Of a stretch of DNA of 64,000 nucleotides, positions 1 to 9,520 are shown piece after piece. Each line of letters begins with the position of its first letter. Position 1 is the first letter of the stretch. The position numbers were made by a program, and so were the translations under genes. Under the pieces are notes generated by a model that ran no database searches, was not told the origin of the DNA, and saw nothing but the letters and a program-made list of their open reading frames with translations. The stretch comes from Candidatus Marinacidobacterales bacterium. Lineage in GTDB: Bacteria; Acidobacteriota; Vicinamibacteria; Marinacidobacterales; SMYC01. The stretch covers positions 1-64,000 of the forward strand of contig CBDCYI010000004.1 of the NCBI GenBank assembly GCA_965224085.1, given 5' to 3'.

Positions 1-1629
1 GGGTATTATACGTTTTCAGTCGGCACCTCGTAGGCTCGGAAGCGAATGAAAATCTTGGACGAAACGAGAGGCGAATCGTCAGCAATCCATGGCTATAAAC
101 GCAGTAAGAGTAATCATTATTATCGTAATAGGTGCCTTGCCATTACCAACAGGTTGCAGGTGATGATGGAACTCCATACGTAGGATTTGAAAGAAGGCAA
201 TGAGCGCCATGTGCATCGGTCGAGACCAAAGACTCGTTTCAAGAACGAAATGACGCCTTCGATTCCGCAGCGAAATCGCCGTAGGCGTTGATAGACCCAG
301 GAACTCTTGACCATATCGGTCACCGCGAAGTGAGCCTTGGTAAAGGCAACATCTTCAACTCCCTTGCCTTTGATGGCTTCCAAGTTTGCCTTTGAAGAAA
401 ACGCGCCATCGTAGGCAACCTGGCGCGGGGCCCGTTCGTAGAGTTCGACTTGACGGTCGATCATGGTTTCCGCGAGAGTTGAATCGGACGGATTCCCATC
501 CAAGATCACGCAATCCAAAATCATCGAGGACGAGCCACCAGTCAAACACACCTTGTGACCGTAGAGAGTCTCGCGCCGGTCTTTGCGAATAATGTCGGTG
601 TGTTCTTCGAAGATCGAAACGACCTTTTCCTCCGCAGGCACACGCTCTTCATCAATCACTCTACGCCGAGTTTGGTTGATGACTTTTTCGGTGAGGACGA
701 GAAAGTGCTTAAAATCCGCGGCGATCTTCTCCGCACTCGCTCGCTTCACCGGCTCGGTCAAGCCGGACTCGTCCAACTGGTCTGCAACGCGTTGAGCGGA
801 GCGATAGGTTTCTTCCGACACCTTCAGTAGATCTCGATAGACGCGACGCCTTTGTTCCTTATCCTTCGCGTTTAGAACTCCCAGTCGACGTCTCTTCGCT
901 CGACGCGTTCGATTGCCGAAGACCACTACTGTACCCAGCAGTTCGCGAGTTCGGCACATGAGGCGAGTGAGAACTCGGACGCAGTCATAAAGAAGCTCGG
1001 AGTCCGTAGGAGAATGAATATTCGACTCCACTACCGTGCAGTCCACTCGTACTTTTCTTCCTTTTTCGATCGCGGTCTTCTCGGCAACACTCACCAACTC
1101 TCGGTTGATTTTCTCCAGCGTTTCGAACTTCACGGCTTTGATGTTTGCTGCTAGGGTCGACTTCGACGGGCTCGGCTCTATGATGCCGAGCTGGCAAAAC
1201 GTCCGATAGCTTCGAGAGTCTGCCAAGTGAAACGCCAGCTCCCGATAGGTGAACTGATTCAGCTGCTTGACCAACAACGCCCGGAGAACCTGCTCCGCGC
1301 TCATTCCCCCACGACCAACATCGCTCCCTGCCGATGGGGTGACCGACCTCAGGTCTTGCAGTACCAGCTCATTCAGCTTAGGATGGGCATCGAGCAGCGA
1401 TGATATCGTTTCGAGCTCGCGTGCGTGCTCCAGCTCCAGCCAGGGCTCGCGAAGGCTTGGTTGTGGGTTGATCGTTTTTCGCATTTAGGGCTGGTCTCCT
1501 TTGGAGTTAAGTCGTTTAGAATCTGCGTTTTTGTCGACTCGATACTAAACGACACTCCCTCAGAAGGCTAGCCCTAAATTTGCGATTACCCCTTTTTTCT
1601 CAACCTCTTACACCTGTCAGGACGGGTAC
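1..1629 (-). mobile_element. IS copy 1 of the 1684-bp DDE element (IS5/IS1182/ISNCY-like); right end lies outside the window
   Basis: Reverse complement of copy 2; left end GTACCCGTCC at 1629 followed by TAGCTA (1630-1635). Confidence 0.9.
120..1484 (-). CDS. DDE transposase, 454 aa
   Basis: RVDCTVVESNIHSPTDS, YDGAF and R..IEGVISFLKR motifs typical of IS5/ISNCY-like DDE transposases; multicopy. Confidence 0.9.
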   Translation of the reverse strand: MRKTINPQPSLREPWLELEHARELETISSLLDAHPKLNELVLQDLRSVTPSAGSDVGRGGMSAEQVLRALLVKQLNQFTYRELAFHLADSRSYRTFCQLGIIEPSPSKSTLAANIKAVKFETLEKINRELVSVAEKTAIEKGRKVRVDCTVVESNIHSPTDSELLYDCVRVLTRLMCRTRELLGTVVVFGNRTRRAKRRRLGVLNAKDKEQRRRVYRDLLKVSEETYRSAQRVADQLDESGLTEPVKRASAEKIAADFKHFLVLTEKVINQTRRRVIDEERVPAEEKVVSIFEEHTDIIRKDRRETLYGHKVCLTGGSSSMILDCVILDGNPSDSTLAETMIDRQVELYERAPRQVAYDGAFSSKANLEAIKGKGVEDVAFTKAHFAVTDMVKSSWVYQRLRRFRCGIEGVISFLKRVFGLDRCTWRSLPSFKSYVWSSIITCNLLVMARHLLR

Positions 1630-1716
1630 TAGCTAGAGGCTGTTGCAAAAGCCCGTTTAGCGTCAAGGCGTTCATTTGTTTGAGCACAGGAGTGAGGCCG
1701 TTGGTTGTACTGCTTG

Positions 1717-2061
1717 TTAGGAACGCGCCTGTCGGGCACGGTCGAGCGTATTTTGCTTGTTGATGTCCGCGAGTTCTCGCAGACAATCCTGCAAGCTCTG
1801 CCATGCGGCGACGCCTTCGCGGATACGCTTGTGTGCGGCTTGGGGCACATAGTAGCCGGTAGTCTTGCCGTGCTTGCCACGAAAATTGATATAGAGGTGA
1901 GGGCCATGCTTTGGCCCGGGCCCGTGGCACCGACAAGTGGGCGTACCGCAGGTACGATAGGTTTCGGAGGGTGTGCCGAAGATCGCCCTTCGCGCATATT
2001 GTTGAATCTGTTGTAGGAGCTGGTCCCGACGTTTACGTGGATCGGAATGAGGGTTCGGCAT
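1717..2061 (-). CDS. Small basic Cys/His protein (DUF6788-like), IS accessory gene
   Basis: CGTPTCRCHGPGPKHGPHLY motif; start overlaps the transposase 3' end; lies inside the IRs. Confidence 0.65.
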   Translation of the reverse strand: MPNPHSDPRKRRDQLLQQIQQYARRAIFGTPSETYRTCGTPTCRCHGPGPKHGPHLYINFRGKHGKTTGYYVPQAAHKRIREGVAAWQSLQDCLRELADINKQNTLDRARQARS

Positions 2062-3292
2062 TTTCGCTGTCCTTTCTTCGCCGCTTGACTCGAGCGATCG
2101 ATATGAGGTTTTGGCTGATAACGCACCACCCGACGTAACGCTTGAATCCTCGGTCGCCCTTGTAGGTGGCGCGAAGCATAGCGAAGCGGTGCTTGAGGGT
2201 GCTGATGCGGGACTCGACGCCCCCGCGCCACTTGAGGGCTCGACGGAACCAGCGCTTTTTTTGAACCTTGGCTCGTTTTTTCGAGGGTCGTCCTCGAGCC
2301 GGCAACACCACTTTCTTTACACCGAGATCTATGGCCTTGCGTTCATTGTCTGCCGAAAAGAATCCGCGGTCAGCGGTCGCCATCTCCGGCGCACGAGCGA
2401 ACTGTTTTTTGTGTTGCTCCAGCGCGGGCATCCACTGAGTTTGGTCCGCCGGATTGCCTGCGGCAACTTCGTAGTGGCTAACAATGCCGTTCTCCACCTC
2501 ATCAATTCGCACGAGTCGTCCAAACTCGGTCGGCTTCCATGTTTTGCCTTTTCGGATCACGGCCGTATGCTCCTCGAACAGGCTGACGATCTTGTCCGGA
2601 TGGTGACGATGGCCCCCTAAAACACGGGCCTTTGTCTGAGCTAACACCTTTTTGCACAGTGGCAGATAATGTTCGAGTTGGCTCTGATTGCTTATGATGC
2701 TCACCAGCGAACCCACGACCGGAAGCTTTCCGCTCTTGAGCGACTGAATAACCTCGTCGGCTTGCCGGACCACGCTGCGCGCCGTGCCCATGAGCTTGCG
2801 ATAACTTTGCTTGAACTTGACTTGGCTCGATTCGGTGAACGACTTGCTGGCGCGGTCGATCTCAAGCTGCCTGTTTTTCGTTGATCGGCTGTGGTCCACC
2901 ACCTTGAGCGCACCTTGAGCACAAGCCTTTGCAATACACTTCAGACTACGGGTGAGCACCCGGATGCCATCGGCAAGCAGTGAGCTATCTGTGGGGTAAT
3001 GGATGTTGCTCTCCACTACCGTCGTATCCGTGCGTAACTTGCGTCCCGTAGCCACCTTTTCGTCTCGAGCCTGAGCGACCACACGGGCATGGATTTTCTC
3101 TACGAACGCATCACCGAGTAGGGAAAAGTTGCGACTGAATGTGGAGTAGTTGGGAATCGAATCGTCGTCGAAGCGAGTGAAGCGCCGATACACGAGGCTA
3201 GAACGGATCTCCCGCTCGAGGACTCGGAAGGACCATCCTTTGATGTGCTTGAGTACACAGCTGCGGAGCAAGCGGTCAGGCGCGATACTCAC
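2033..3292 (-). CDS. DDE transposase; the frame stays open upstream to about 3470 without a canonical start
   Basis: RTDTTVVESNIHYPTDS, ADRGF and RGGVESRISTLK motifs; related to the 454-aa transposase. Confidence 0.85.
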   Translation of the reverse strand: MSIAPDRLLRSCVLKHIKGWSFRVLEREIRSSLVYRRFTRFDDDSIPNYSTFSRNFSLLGDAFVEKIHARVVAQARDEKVATGRKLRTDTTVVESNIHYPTDSSLLADGIRVLTRSLKCIAKACAQGALKVVDHSRSTKNRQLEIDRASKSFTESSQVKFKQSYRKLMGTARSVVRQADEVIQSLKSGKLPVVGSLVSIISNQSQLEHYLPLCKKVLAQTKARVLGGHRHHPDKIVSLFEEHTAVIRKGKTWKPTEFGRLVRIDEVENGIVSHYEVAAGNPADQTQWMPALEQHKKQFARAPEMATADRGFFSADNERKAIDLGVKKVVLPARGRPSKKRAKVQKKRWFRRALKWRGGVESRISTLKHRFAMLRATYKGDRGFKRYVGWCVISQNLISIARVKRRRKDSENAEPSFRST

Positions 3293-3663
3293 CCGGCCGG
3301 TACGCGGTGAGAGCGGGAAACGACCAGCGAGCGATTCTCTCGTCAGTTCTATCAGCTCGGGGTCCTCGAGGAGCGTGTCGACGGGTTCGAGTAGATCATC
3401 CTTGATGAGCGACGCCTGTTTGGAGAAGTTGACGTAGAAGAGGGCGGACTGCCTGGTAACGGTCCCTATAACGCCTAATAAATATCATCCCTTAGGCTAC
3501 AAGTCAAGAAAAAAACGACCAAATACAAAATAGTTGGGAAAATTCTTGCGGATCGATCCAGGCGCGTTTGGCGCCGGCAAATCACAGATCTGTCAGCTGC
3601 CCGATTGGACGCGGATTGAAACCAACGGTGAAAGCGGTTACGTTTTGCAACAGGCTCTAGCTA

Positions 3664-5347
3664 GTACCCGTCCTGACAGGTGTAAGAGGTTGAGAAAAAA
3701 GGGGTAATCGCAAATTTAGGGCTAGCCTTCTGAGGGAGTGTCGTTTAGTATCGAGTCGACAAAAACGCAGATTCTAAACGACTTAACTCCAAAGGAGACC
3801 AGCCCTAAATGCGAAAAACGATCAACCCACAACCAAGCCTTCGCGAGCCCTGGCTGGAGCTGGAGCACGCACGCGAGCTCGAAACGATATCATCGCTGCT
3901 CGATGCCCATCCTAAGCTCAATGAGCTGGTACTGCAAGACCTGAGGTCGGTCACCCCATCGGCAGGGAGCGATGTTGGTCGTGGGGGAATGAGCGCGGAG
4001 CAGGTTCTCCGGGCGTTGTTGGTCAAGCAGCTGAATCAGTTCACCTATCGGGAGCTGGCGTTTCACTTGGCAGACTCTCGAAGCTATCGGACGTTTTGCC
4101 AGCTCGGCATCATAGAGCCGAGCCCGTCGAAGTCGACCCTAGCAGCAAACATCAAAGCCGTGAAGTTCGAAACGCTGGAGAAAATCAACCGAGAGTTGGT
4201 GAGTGTTGCCGAGAAGACCGCGATCGAAAAAGGAAGAAAAGTACGAGTGGACTGCACGGTAGTGGAGTCGAATATTCATTCTCCTACGGACTCCGAGCTT
4301 CTTTATGACTGCGTCCGAGTTCTCACTCGCCTCATGTGCCGAACTCGCGAACTGCTGGGTACAGTAGTGGTCTTCGGCAATCGAACGCGTCGAGCGAAGA
4401 GACGTCGACTGGGAGTTCTAAACGCGAAGGATAAGGAACAAAGGCGTCGCGTCTATCGAGATCTACTGAAGGTGTCGGAAGAAACCTATCGCTCCGCTCA
4501 ACGCGTTGCAGACCAGTTGGACGAGTCCGGCTTGACCGAGCCGGTGAAGCGAGCGAGTGCGGAGAAGATCGCCGCGGATTTTAAGCACTTTCTCGTCCTC
4601 ACCGAAAAAGTCATCAACCAAACTCGGCGTAGAGTGATTGATGAAGAGCGTGTGCCTGCGGAGGAAAAGGTCGTTTCGATCTTCGAAGAACACACCGACA
4701 TTATTCGCAAAGACCGGCGCGAGACTCTCTACGGTCACAAGGTGTGTTTGACTGGTGGCTCGTCCTCGATGATTTTGGATTGCGTGATCTTGGATGGGAA
4801 TCCGTCCGATTCAACTCTCGCGGAAACCATGATCGACCGTCAAGTCGAACTCTACGAACGGGCCCCGCGCCAGGTTGCCTACGATGGCGCGTTTTCTTCA
4901 AAGGCAAACTTGGAAGCCATCAAAGGCAAGGGAGTTGAAGATGTTGCCTTTACCAAGGCTCACTTCGCGGTGACCGATATGGTCAAGAGTTCCTGGGTCT
5001 ATCAACGCCTACGGCGATTTCGCTGCGGAATCGAAGGCGTCATTTCGTTCTTGAAACGAGTCTTTGGTCTCGACCGATGCACATGGCGCTCATTGCCTTC
5101 TTTCAAATCCTACGTATGGAGTTCCATCATCACCTGCAACCTGTTGGTAATGGCAAGGCACCTATTACGATAATAATGATTGCTCTTACTGCGTTTATAG
5201 CCATGGATTGCTGACGATTCGCCTCTCGTTTCGTCCAAGATTTTCATTCGCTTCCGAGCCTACGAGGTGCCGACTGAAAACGTATAATACCCACATCTTC
5301 GATAGGCCTCTCGTACACCACAAGTTATGGTGTTTCTGGACAGGAAC
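3664..5347 (+). mobile_element. IS copy 2 (1684 bp)
   Basis: Ends GTACCCGTCC...GGACAGGAAC; TAGCTA on both sides. Confidence 0.95.
3809..5173 (+). CDS. DDE transposase, 454 aa
   Basis: Same protein as 120..1484. Confidence 0.9.
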   Translation: MRKTINPQPSLREPWLELEHARELETISSLLDAHPKLNELVLQDLRSVTPSAGSDVGRGGMSAEQVLRALLVKQLNQFTYRELAFHLADSRSYRTFCQLGIIEPSPSKSTLAANIKAVKFETLEKINRELVSVAEKTAIEKGRKVRVDCTVVESNIHSPTDSELLYDCVRVLTRLMCRTRELLGTVVVFGNRTRRAKRRRLGVLNAKDKEQRRRVYRDLLKVSEETYRSAQRVADQLDESGLTEPVKRASAEKIAADFKHFLVLTEKVINQTRRRVIDEERVPAEEKVVSIFEEHTDIIRKDRRETLYGHKVCLTGGSSSMILDCVILDGNPSDSTLAETMIDRQVELYERAPRQVAYDGAFSSKANLEAIKGKGVEDVAFTKAHFAVTDMVKSSWVYQRLRRFRCGIEGVISFLKRVFGLDRCTWRSLPSFKSYVWSSIITCNLLVMARHLLR

Positions 5348-5353
5348 TAGCTA

Positions 5354-7037
5354 GTACCCGTCCTGGCGGACGTAAGAGGTTGAGAAAAAGGGAGTAATCG
5401 CAAATTTAGGGCTAGTCTTCTGAGGGGTTGTCGCTTAGAATCGAAGTCGTCAAAAACAAGAGTCTAAACGACTTAACTCCAAAGGAGACCAGCCCTAAAT
5501 GCGAAAAACAATCATTCCACAACCAAGCCTATGCGAGCCCTGGCTGGAGGTGGAGCACGCGCGCGAGCTCGAAGCGATCTCGTCGGTGCTCGATGCCCAT
5601 CCTAAGCTCAATGAGTTGGTACTGCAAGACCTGAGGTCGGTCACCCCATCGGCAGGGAGCGATGTTGGTCGTGGGGGAATGAGCGCGGAGCAGGTTCTCC
5701 GGGCGTTGTTGGTCAAGCAGCTGAATCAGTTCACCTATCGGGAGCTGGCGTTTCACTTGGCAGACTCTCGAAGCTATCGGACGTTTTGCCAGCTCGGCAT
5801 CATAGAGCCGAGCCCGTCGAAGTCGACCCTAGCAGCAAACATCAAAGCCGTGAAGTTCGAAACGCTGGAGAAAATCAACCGAGAGTTGGTGAGTGTTGCC
5901 GAGAAGACCGCGATCGAAAAAGGAAGAAAAGTACGAGTGGACTGCACGGTAGTGGAGTCGAATATTCATTCTCCTACGGACTCCGAGCTTCTTTATGACT
6001 GCGTCCGAGTTCTCACTCGCCTCATGTGCCGAACTCGCGAACTGCTGGGTACAGTAGTGGTCTTCGGCAATCGAACGCGTCGAGCGAAGAGACGTCGACT
6101 GGGAGTTCTAAACGCGAAGGATAAGGAACAAAGGCGTCGCGTCTATCGAGATCTACTGAAGGTGTCGGAAGAAACCTATCGCTCCGCTCAACGCGTTGCA
6201 GACCAGTTGGACGAGTCCGGCTTGACCGAGCCGGTGAAGCGAGCGAGTGCGGAGAAGATCGCCGCGGATTTTAAGCACTTTCTCGTCCTCACCGAAAAAG
6301 TCATCAACCAAACTCGGCGTAGAGTGATTGATGAAGAGCGTGTGCCTGCGGAGGAAAAGGTCGTTTCGATCTTCGAAGAACACACCGACATTATTCGCAA
6401 AGACCGGCGCGAGACTCTCTACGGTCACAAGGTGTGTTTGACTGGTGGCTCGTCCTCGATGATTTTGGATTGCGTGATCTTGGATGGGAATCCGTCCGAT
6501 TCAACTCTCGCGGAAACCATGATCGACCGTCAAGTCGAACTCTACGAACGGGCCCCGCGCCAGGTTGCCTACGATGGCGCGTTTTCTTCAAAGGCAAACT
6601 TGGAAGCCATCAAAGGCAAGGGAGTTGAAGATGTTGCCTTTACCAAGGCTCACTTCGCGGTGACCGATATGGTCAAGAGTTCCTGGGTCTATCAACGCCT
6701 ACGGCGATTTCGCTGCGGAATCGAAGGCGTCATTTCGTTCTTGAAACGAGTCTTTGGTCTCGACCGATGCACATGGCGCTCATTGCCTTCTTTCAAATCC
6801 TACGTATGGAGTTCCATCATCACCTGCAACCTGTTGGTAATGGCAAGGCACCTATTACGATAATAATGATTGCTCTTACTGCGTTTATAGCCATGGATTG
6901 CTGACGATTCGCCTCTCGTTTCGTCCAAGATTTTCATTCGCTTCCGAGCCTACGAGGTGCCGACTGAAAACGTATAATACCCACACCTTCGATAGGCCTC
7001 TCGTACACCACAAGTTATGGTGTTTCTGGACAGGAAC
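5354..7037 (+). mobile_element. IS copy 3 (1684 bp), in tandem with copy 2
   Basis: Same ends; TAGCTA at 5348-5353 and 7038-7043; variant 5' end. Confidence 0.95.
5499..6863 (+). CDS. DDE transposase, 454 aa (variant N-terminus MRKTIIPQPSLCEP)
   Basis: Near-identical to copy 2. Confidence 0.9.
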   Translation: MRKTIIPQPSLCEPWLEVEHARELEAISSVLDAHPKLNELVLQDLRSVTPSAGSDVGRGGMSAEQVLRALLVKQLNQFTYRELAFHLADSRSYRTFCQLGIIEPSPSKSTLAANIKAVKFETLEKINRELVSVAEKTAIEKGRKVRVDCTVVESNIHSPTDSELLYDCVRVLTRLMCRTRELLGTVVVFGNRTRRAKRRRLGVLNAKDKEQRRRVYRDLLKVSEETYRSAQRVADQLDESGLTEPVKRASAEKIAADFKHFLVLTEKVINQTRRRVIDEERVPAEEKVVSIFEEHTDIIRKDRRETLYGHKVCLTGGSSSMILDCVILDGNPSDSTLAETMIDRQVELYERAPRQVAYDGAFSSKANLEAIKGKGVEDVAFTKAHFAVTDMVKSSWVYQRLRRFRCGIEGVISFLKRVFGLDRCTWRSLPSFKSYVWSSIITCNLLVMARHLLR

Positions 7038-7519
7038 TAGCTACACGCCTTGTCGGAAAAGAGCTCCGACGCTCGCTCGACAGTCGGGCGCTGAACGAGC
7101 ACTTTCAGAGCCCATTATTCACGGCCGGTGAATCTGAACACGGGTCGCTTCCGTGGACAGCAACGGGTGATCAGGAGTTACAGCCGCCGACGCTACTTGC
7201 CCGCTGGGACGAACCGCCGTCGAATATCTAAGTGACAGATAGAACAGCTCGCGCCCGTCAGGAGCCCACAGCGGCCGTTCGCCGCCGCCTTTGGAGAACA
7301 GGTAGACATTTCTATCCCGAGGACCGACGCTCCCGCCTGCCGGCGGGCTGCCGCTTCGAAGCGCGCCTCGGCGCGAGCGAAGATGTCGCTCTGGTTTCCC
7401 GAGGTCGCCTGGATAGTGAACTCCAACAGAAGAAGAAAAATCATCGATTGCTCTGGTAGCATAGCCCGGCATCCATCCCAAGGCGACAACGTTGAAGCCA
7501 TTCTTTTTTTTGCTGGCAA

Positions 7520-8000
7520 TACCGTTTCTACTCGGCAACGAATCGCTCGGAGACGACGTGCACCCGAGCGAGCTCTAACGCAACAACGGCGACGGGACCT
7601 TCACCAACGAAGGTCCCGGTGGATCCATGGGCTATGTGAAAGCGGTCGTGTGGGGGGGCTACGACAATGACGGATTCCTGGACCTCTGCGGTCATGGGCG
7701 GCTCGTTCTCGGGAGACGTTTATGAGAACGCGCTCTTCGAGAACCCCGGCCGCGGCAATCGATGGCTAACGCTTCGGCTCGTAGGCTCCCGGGCCAACCG
7801 GGACGCGATCGCCGCTCGCGTCACCGTCACCGTTGAGGAGAACGCTAGGGAGAGACGGATCTTCGCCACGGTGGGGTCGGGCGGAAGCTTCGGGGGCTCT
7901 AGCCTCCAGCAAGAGATCGGTCTGGGCCAGGCTACGAGAATCAAAGCGCTCGAGGTCCTTTCGCCGGGTACCGGACCTGCCCATCGATATCGTCTTGCTG
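7520..8000 (+). pseudogene. Degraded FG-GAP/ASPIC-UnbV (CRTAC1-like) gene
   Basis: RNNGDGTFT fragment near 7580; NRWLTLRLVGSRANRDAIAARVTV...GGSFGGSSLQQEIGLG in ORF 7667..8119; frames broken. Confidence 0.65.
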
Positions 8001-8111
8001 ATCAAAGACGGTATCTCCTCACCGATAGTCATCGACGCTTGAGCATTTCAGTTGTTCCAGGAGCTTCAGTGTGTACAAGACATCTAGGTCTCCTCGAGGC
8101 ATCCTTTCTCT

Positions 8112-8567
8112 ATGAGTGAGAACGGTTTCCATCTCGCGCAGGTCAACACGGCACGGGCAGTAGCCTCTTTGGACGACCCCGTGATGGAGGGCTTCGTCTC
8201 CCAGCTCGAGGAGGTCAACGCGCTCGCTGATGAAAGTCCGGGATTCGTGTGGCGTCTCGCCGATGAGTCCGGCAAGGCGGCCACGGACATCCACGCTTTC
8301 GACGACGACCGGATCCTGGTCAACATGTCGGTTTGGGAGAGCCTCGAAGCGCTTCGCGAGTTCAGCTATCGCGGCCGCCACGCGTCCTTGCTCCGCGACC
8401 GGGGTAAGTGGTTCGAGCCGGGGAGCACGCAGCTCACGTTGTGGTGGATTGCGGCAGGCTCGCTCCCGAGTGTCGAAGACGCGAAACGCAAGCTCGAGCT
8501 TCTCGAGGCTAACGGCCCGACCCCGGCAGCGTTCACGTTCAAGGACCGCTTCCCGCCGCCCGGCTAG
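8112..8567 (+). CDS. DUF3291 family protein
   Basis: HLAQVN...VNALADESPGFVWRL...VNMSVWESLEAL signature. Confidence 0.85.
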   Translation: MSENGFHLAQVNTARAVASLDDPVMEGFVSQLEEVNALADESPGFVWRLADESGKAATDIHAFDDDRILVNMSVWESLEALREFSYRGRHASLLRDRGKWFEPGSTQLTLWWIAAGSLPSVEDAKRKLELLEANGPTPAAFTFKDRFPPPG

Positions 8568-8591
8568 CGGTCCCTACGATATCATCGGCGT

Positions 8592-8858
8592 ATGCCACCG
8601 CGTCGCATCATCAGTGCGGATTCGCACACGCTCGAGCCGCCAGACCTCTGGATCCAAACGATCGGCGACAAGTATGGGGACGACACGCCCCGGGTCGTCG
8701 AAGAGTACCGGGGACACAAAGACCGTGTTTACAATGCGACGGATTTCATCTTCGGGTCCATCCTCGATCGCTTTTCGCGGCTCGACGTCGTGACCGCGGA
8801 TCTCGTCGCCGACAACGCGGCCGAGCTTTTCCACCTCGAGCTAGAAAGCTTCATTTGA
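8592..8858 (+). pseudogene. Internally deleted amidohydrolase (Amidohydro_2-like)
   Basis: N-terminal IISADSHTLEPPDLW and C-terminal DNAAELF retained in only 88 aa. Confidence 0.6.
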
Positions 8859-9390
8859 GCTTCACGAGACCTTCGGGATCGATCCGCACCACCAGGTAGG
8901 TGATGGTCTCGGTGATCTCGCTGAAGCCATGCGCGACGCCCGCCGGTATGATAACGATGTCTCCGGCAGAGATCTTACGGCTGTGGCCGCCCTCGATGGT
9001 GCCGCGCGAGCTCGGGCCGGTCAGCGTGAGGACGACCTGTCCATCGGGATCGAGCGGCGTCGAGTCCACCATGGCGCTCGACGTCACGAGTGTGCCAGAG
9101 CCCGAGACCACTCGATAGACCTCGGACTGCTTGTGGTGTTGGATGCCGACGATGCCCGTGCCTTCGGCTTTCGGCGGGCGCTGCACGACGCCGGCGCCCA
9201 AATAACCGTCGCCGGCATCGATATGGCGAATTTGCTGATCGCTGACCCGTCCCTCGGGCGCCGCTTCGATCGTCGCGAGCACATCGGCGGCGCTGATATG
9301 AGTCGCGACTTGGGTCGAATCTTGACGGGCGGCGCCCGCGGGAAGCACCGAAAGCATGAGGACGAACAGGAACATTTCACGCATCATCAC
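8851..9390 (-). CDS. Secreted cupin-domain protein
   Basis: Signal-peptide-like N-terminus after a GGAGGA RBS; H....EVY and GDIVIIPAGVAHGF cupin motifs. Confidence 0.8.
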   Translation of the reverse strand: MMMREMFLFVLMLSVLPAGAARQDSTQVATHISAADVLATIEAAPEGRVSDQQIRHIDAGDGYLGAGVVQRPPKAEGTGIVGIQHHKQSEVYRVVSGSGTLVTSSAMVDSTPLDPDGQVVLTLTGPSSRGTIEGGHSRKISAGDIVIIPAGVAHGFSEITETITYLVVRIDPEGLVKLK

Positions 9391-9520
9391 TTCTCCTCCG
9401 CGAGGGATTCTATGCTCCCTGTTCGATGCGCGATGAATCGCCACGACGCCGCCGACGGTCCTGTCGAGCCTTCATCGACGTTTAGGCCGTTATAGTGGCC
9501 TCGTTCACCGTGAAGACGCT

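Larger units (their letters stand above)
1636..3657 (-). mobile_element. Second IS5/IS1182/ISNCY-like element with an accessory gene
   Basis: Terminal IRs GAGGCTGTTGCAAAA / TTTTGCAACAGGCTC; TAGCTA on both sides (1630-1635, 3658-3663). Confidence 0.9.

Noticed and set aside
1-5347. Composite transposon formed by inverted copies 1 and 2
   Set aside because: The enclosed DNA is itself an IS with its own IRs and the same duplication; stacking explains the structure
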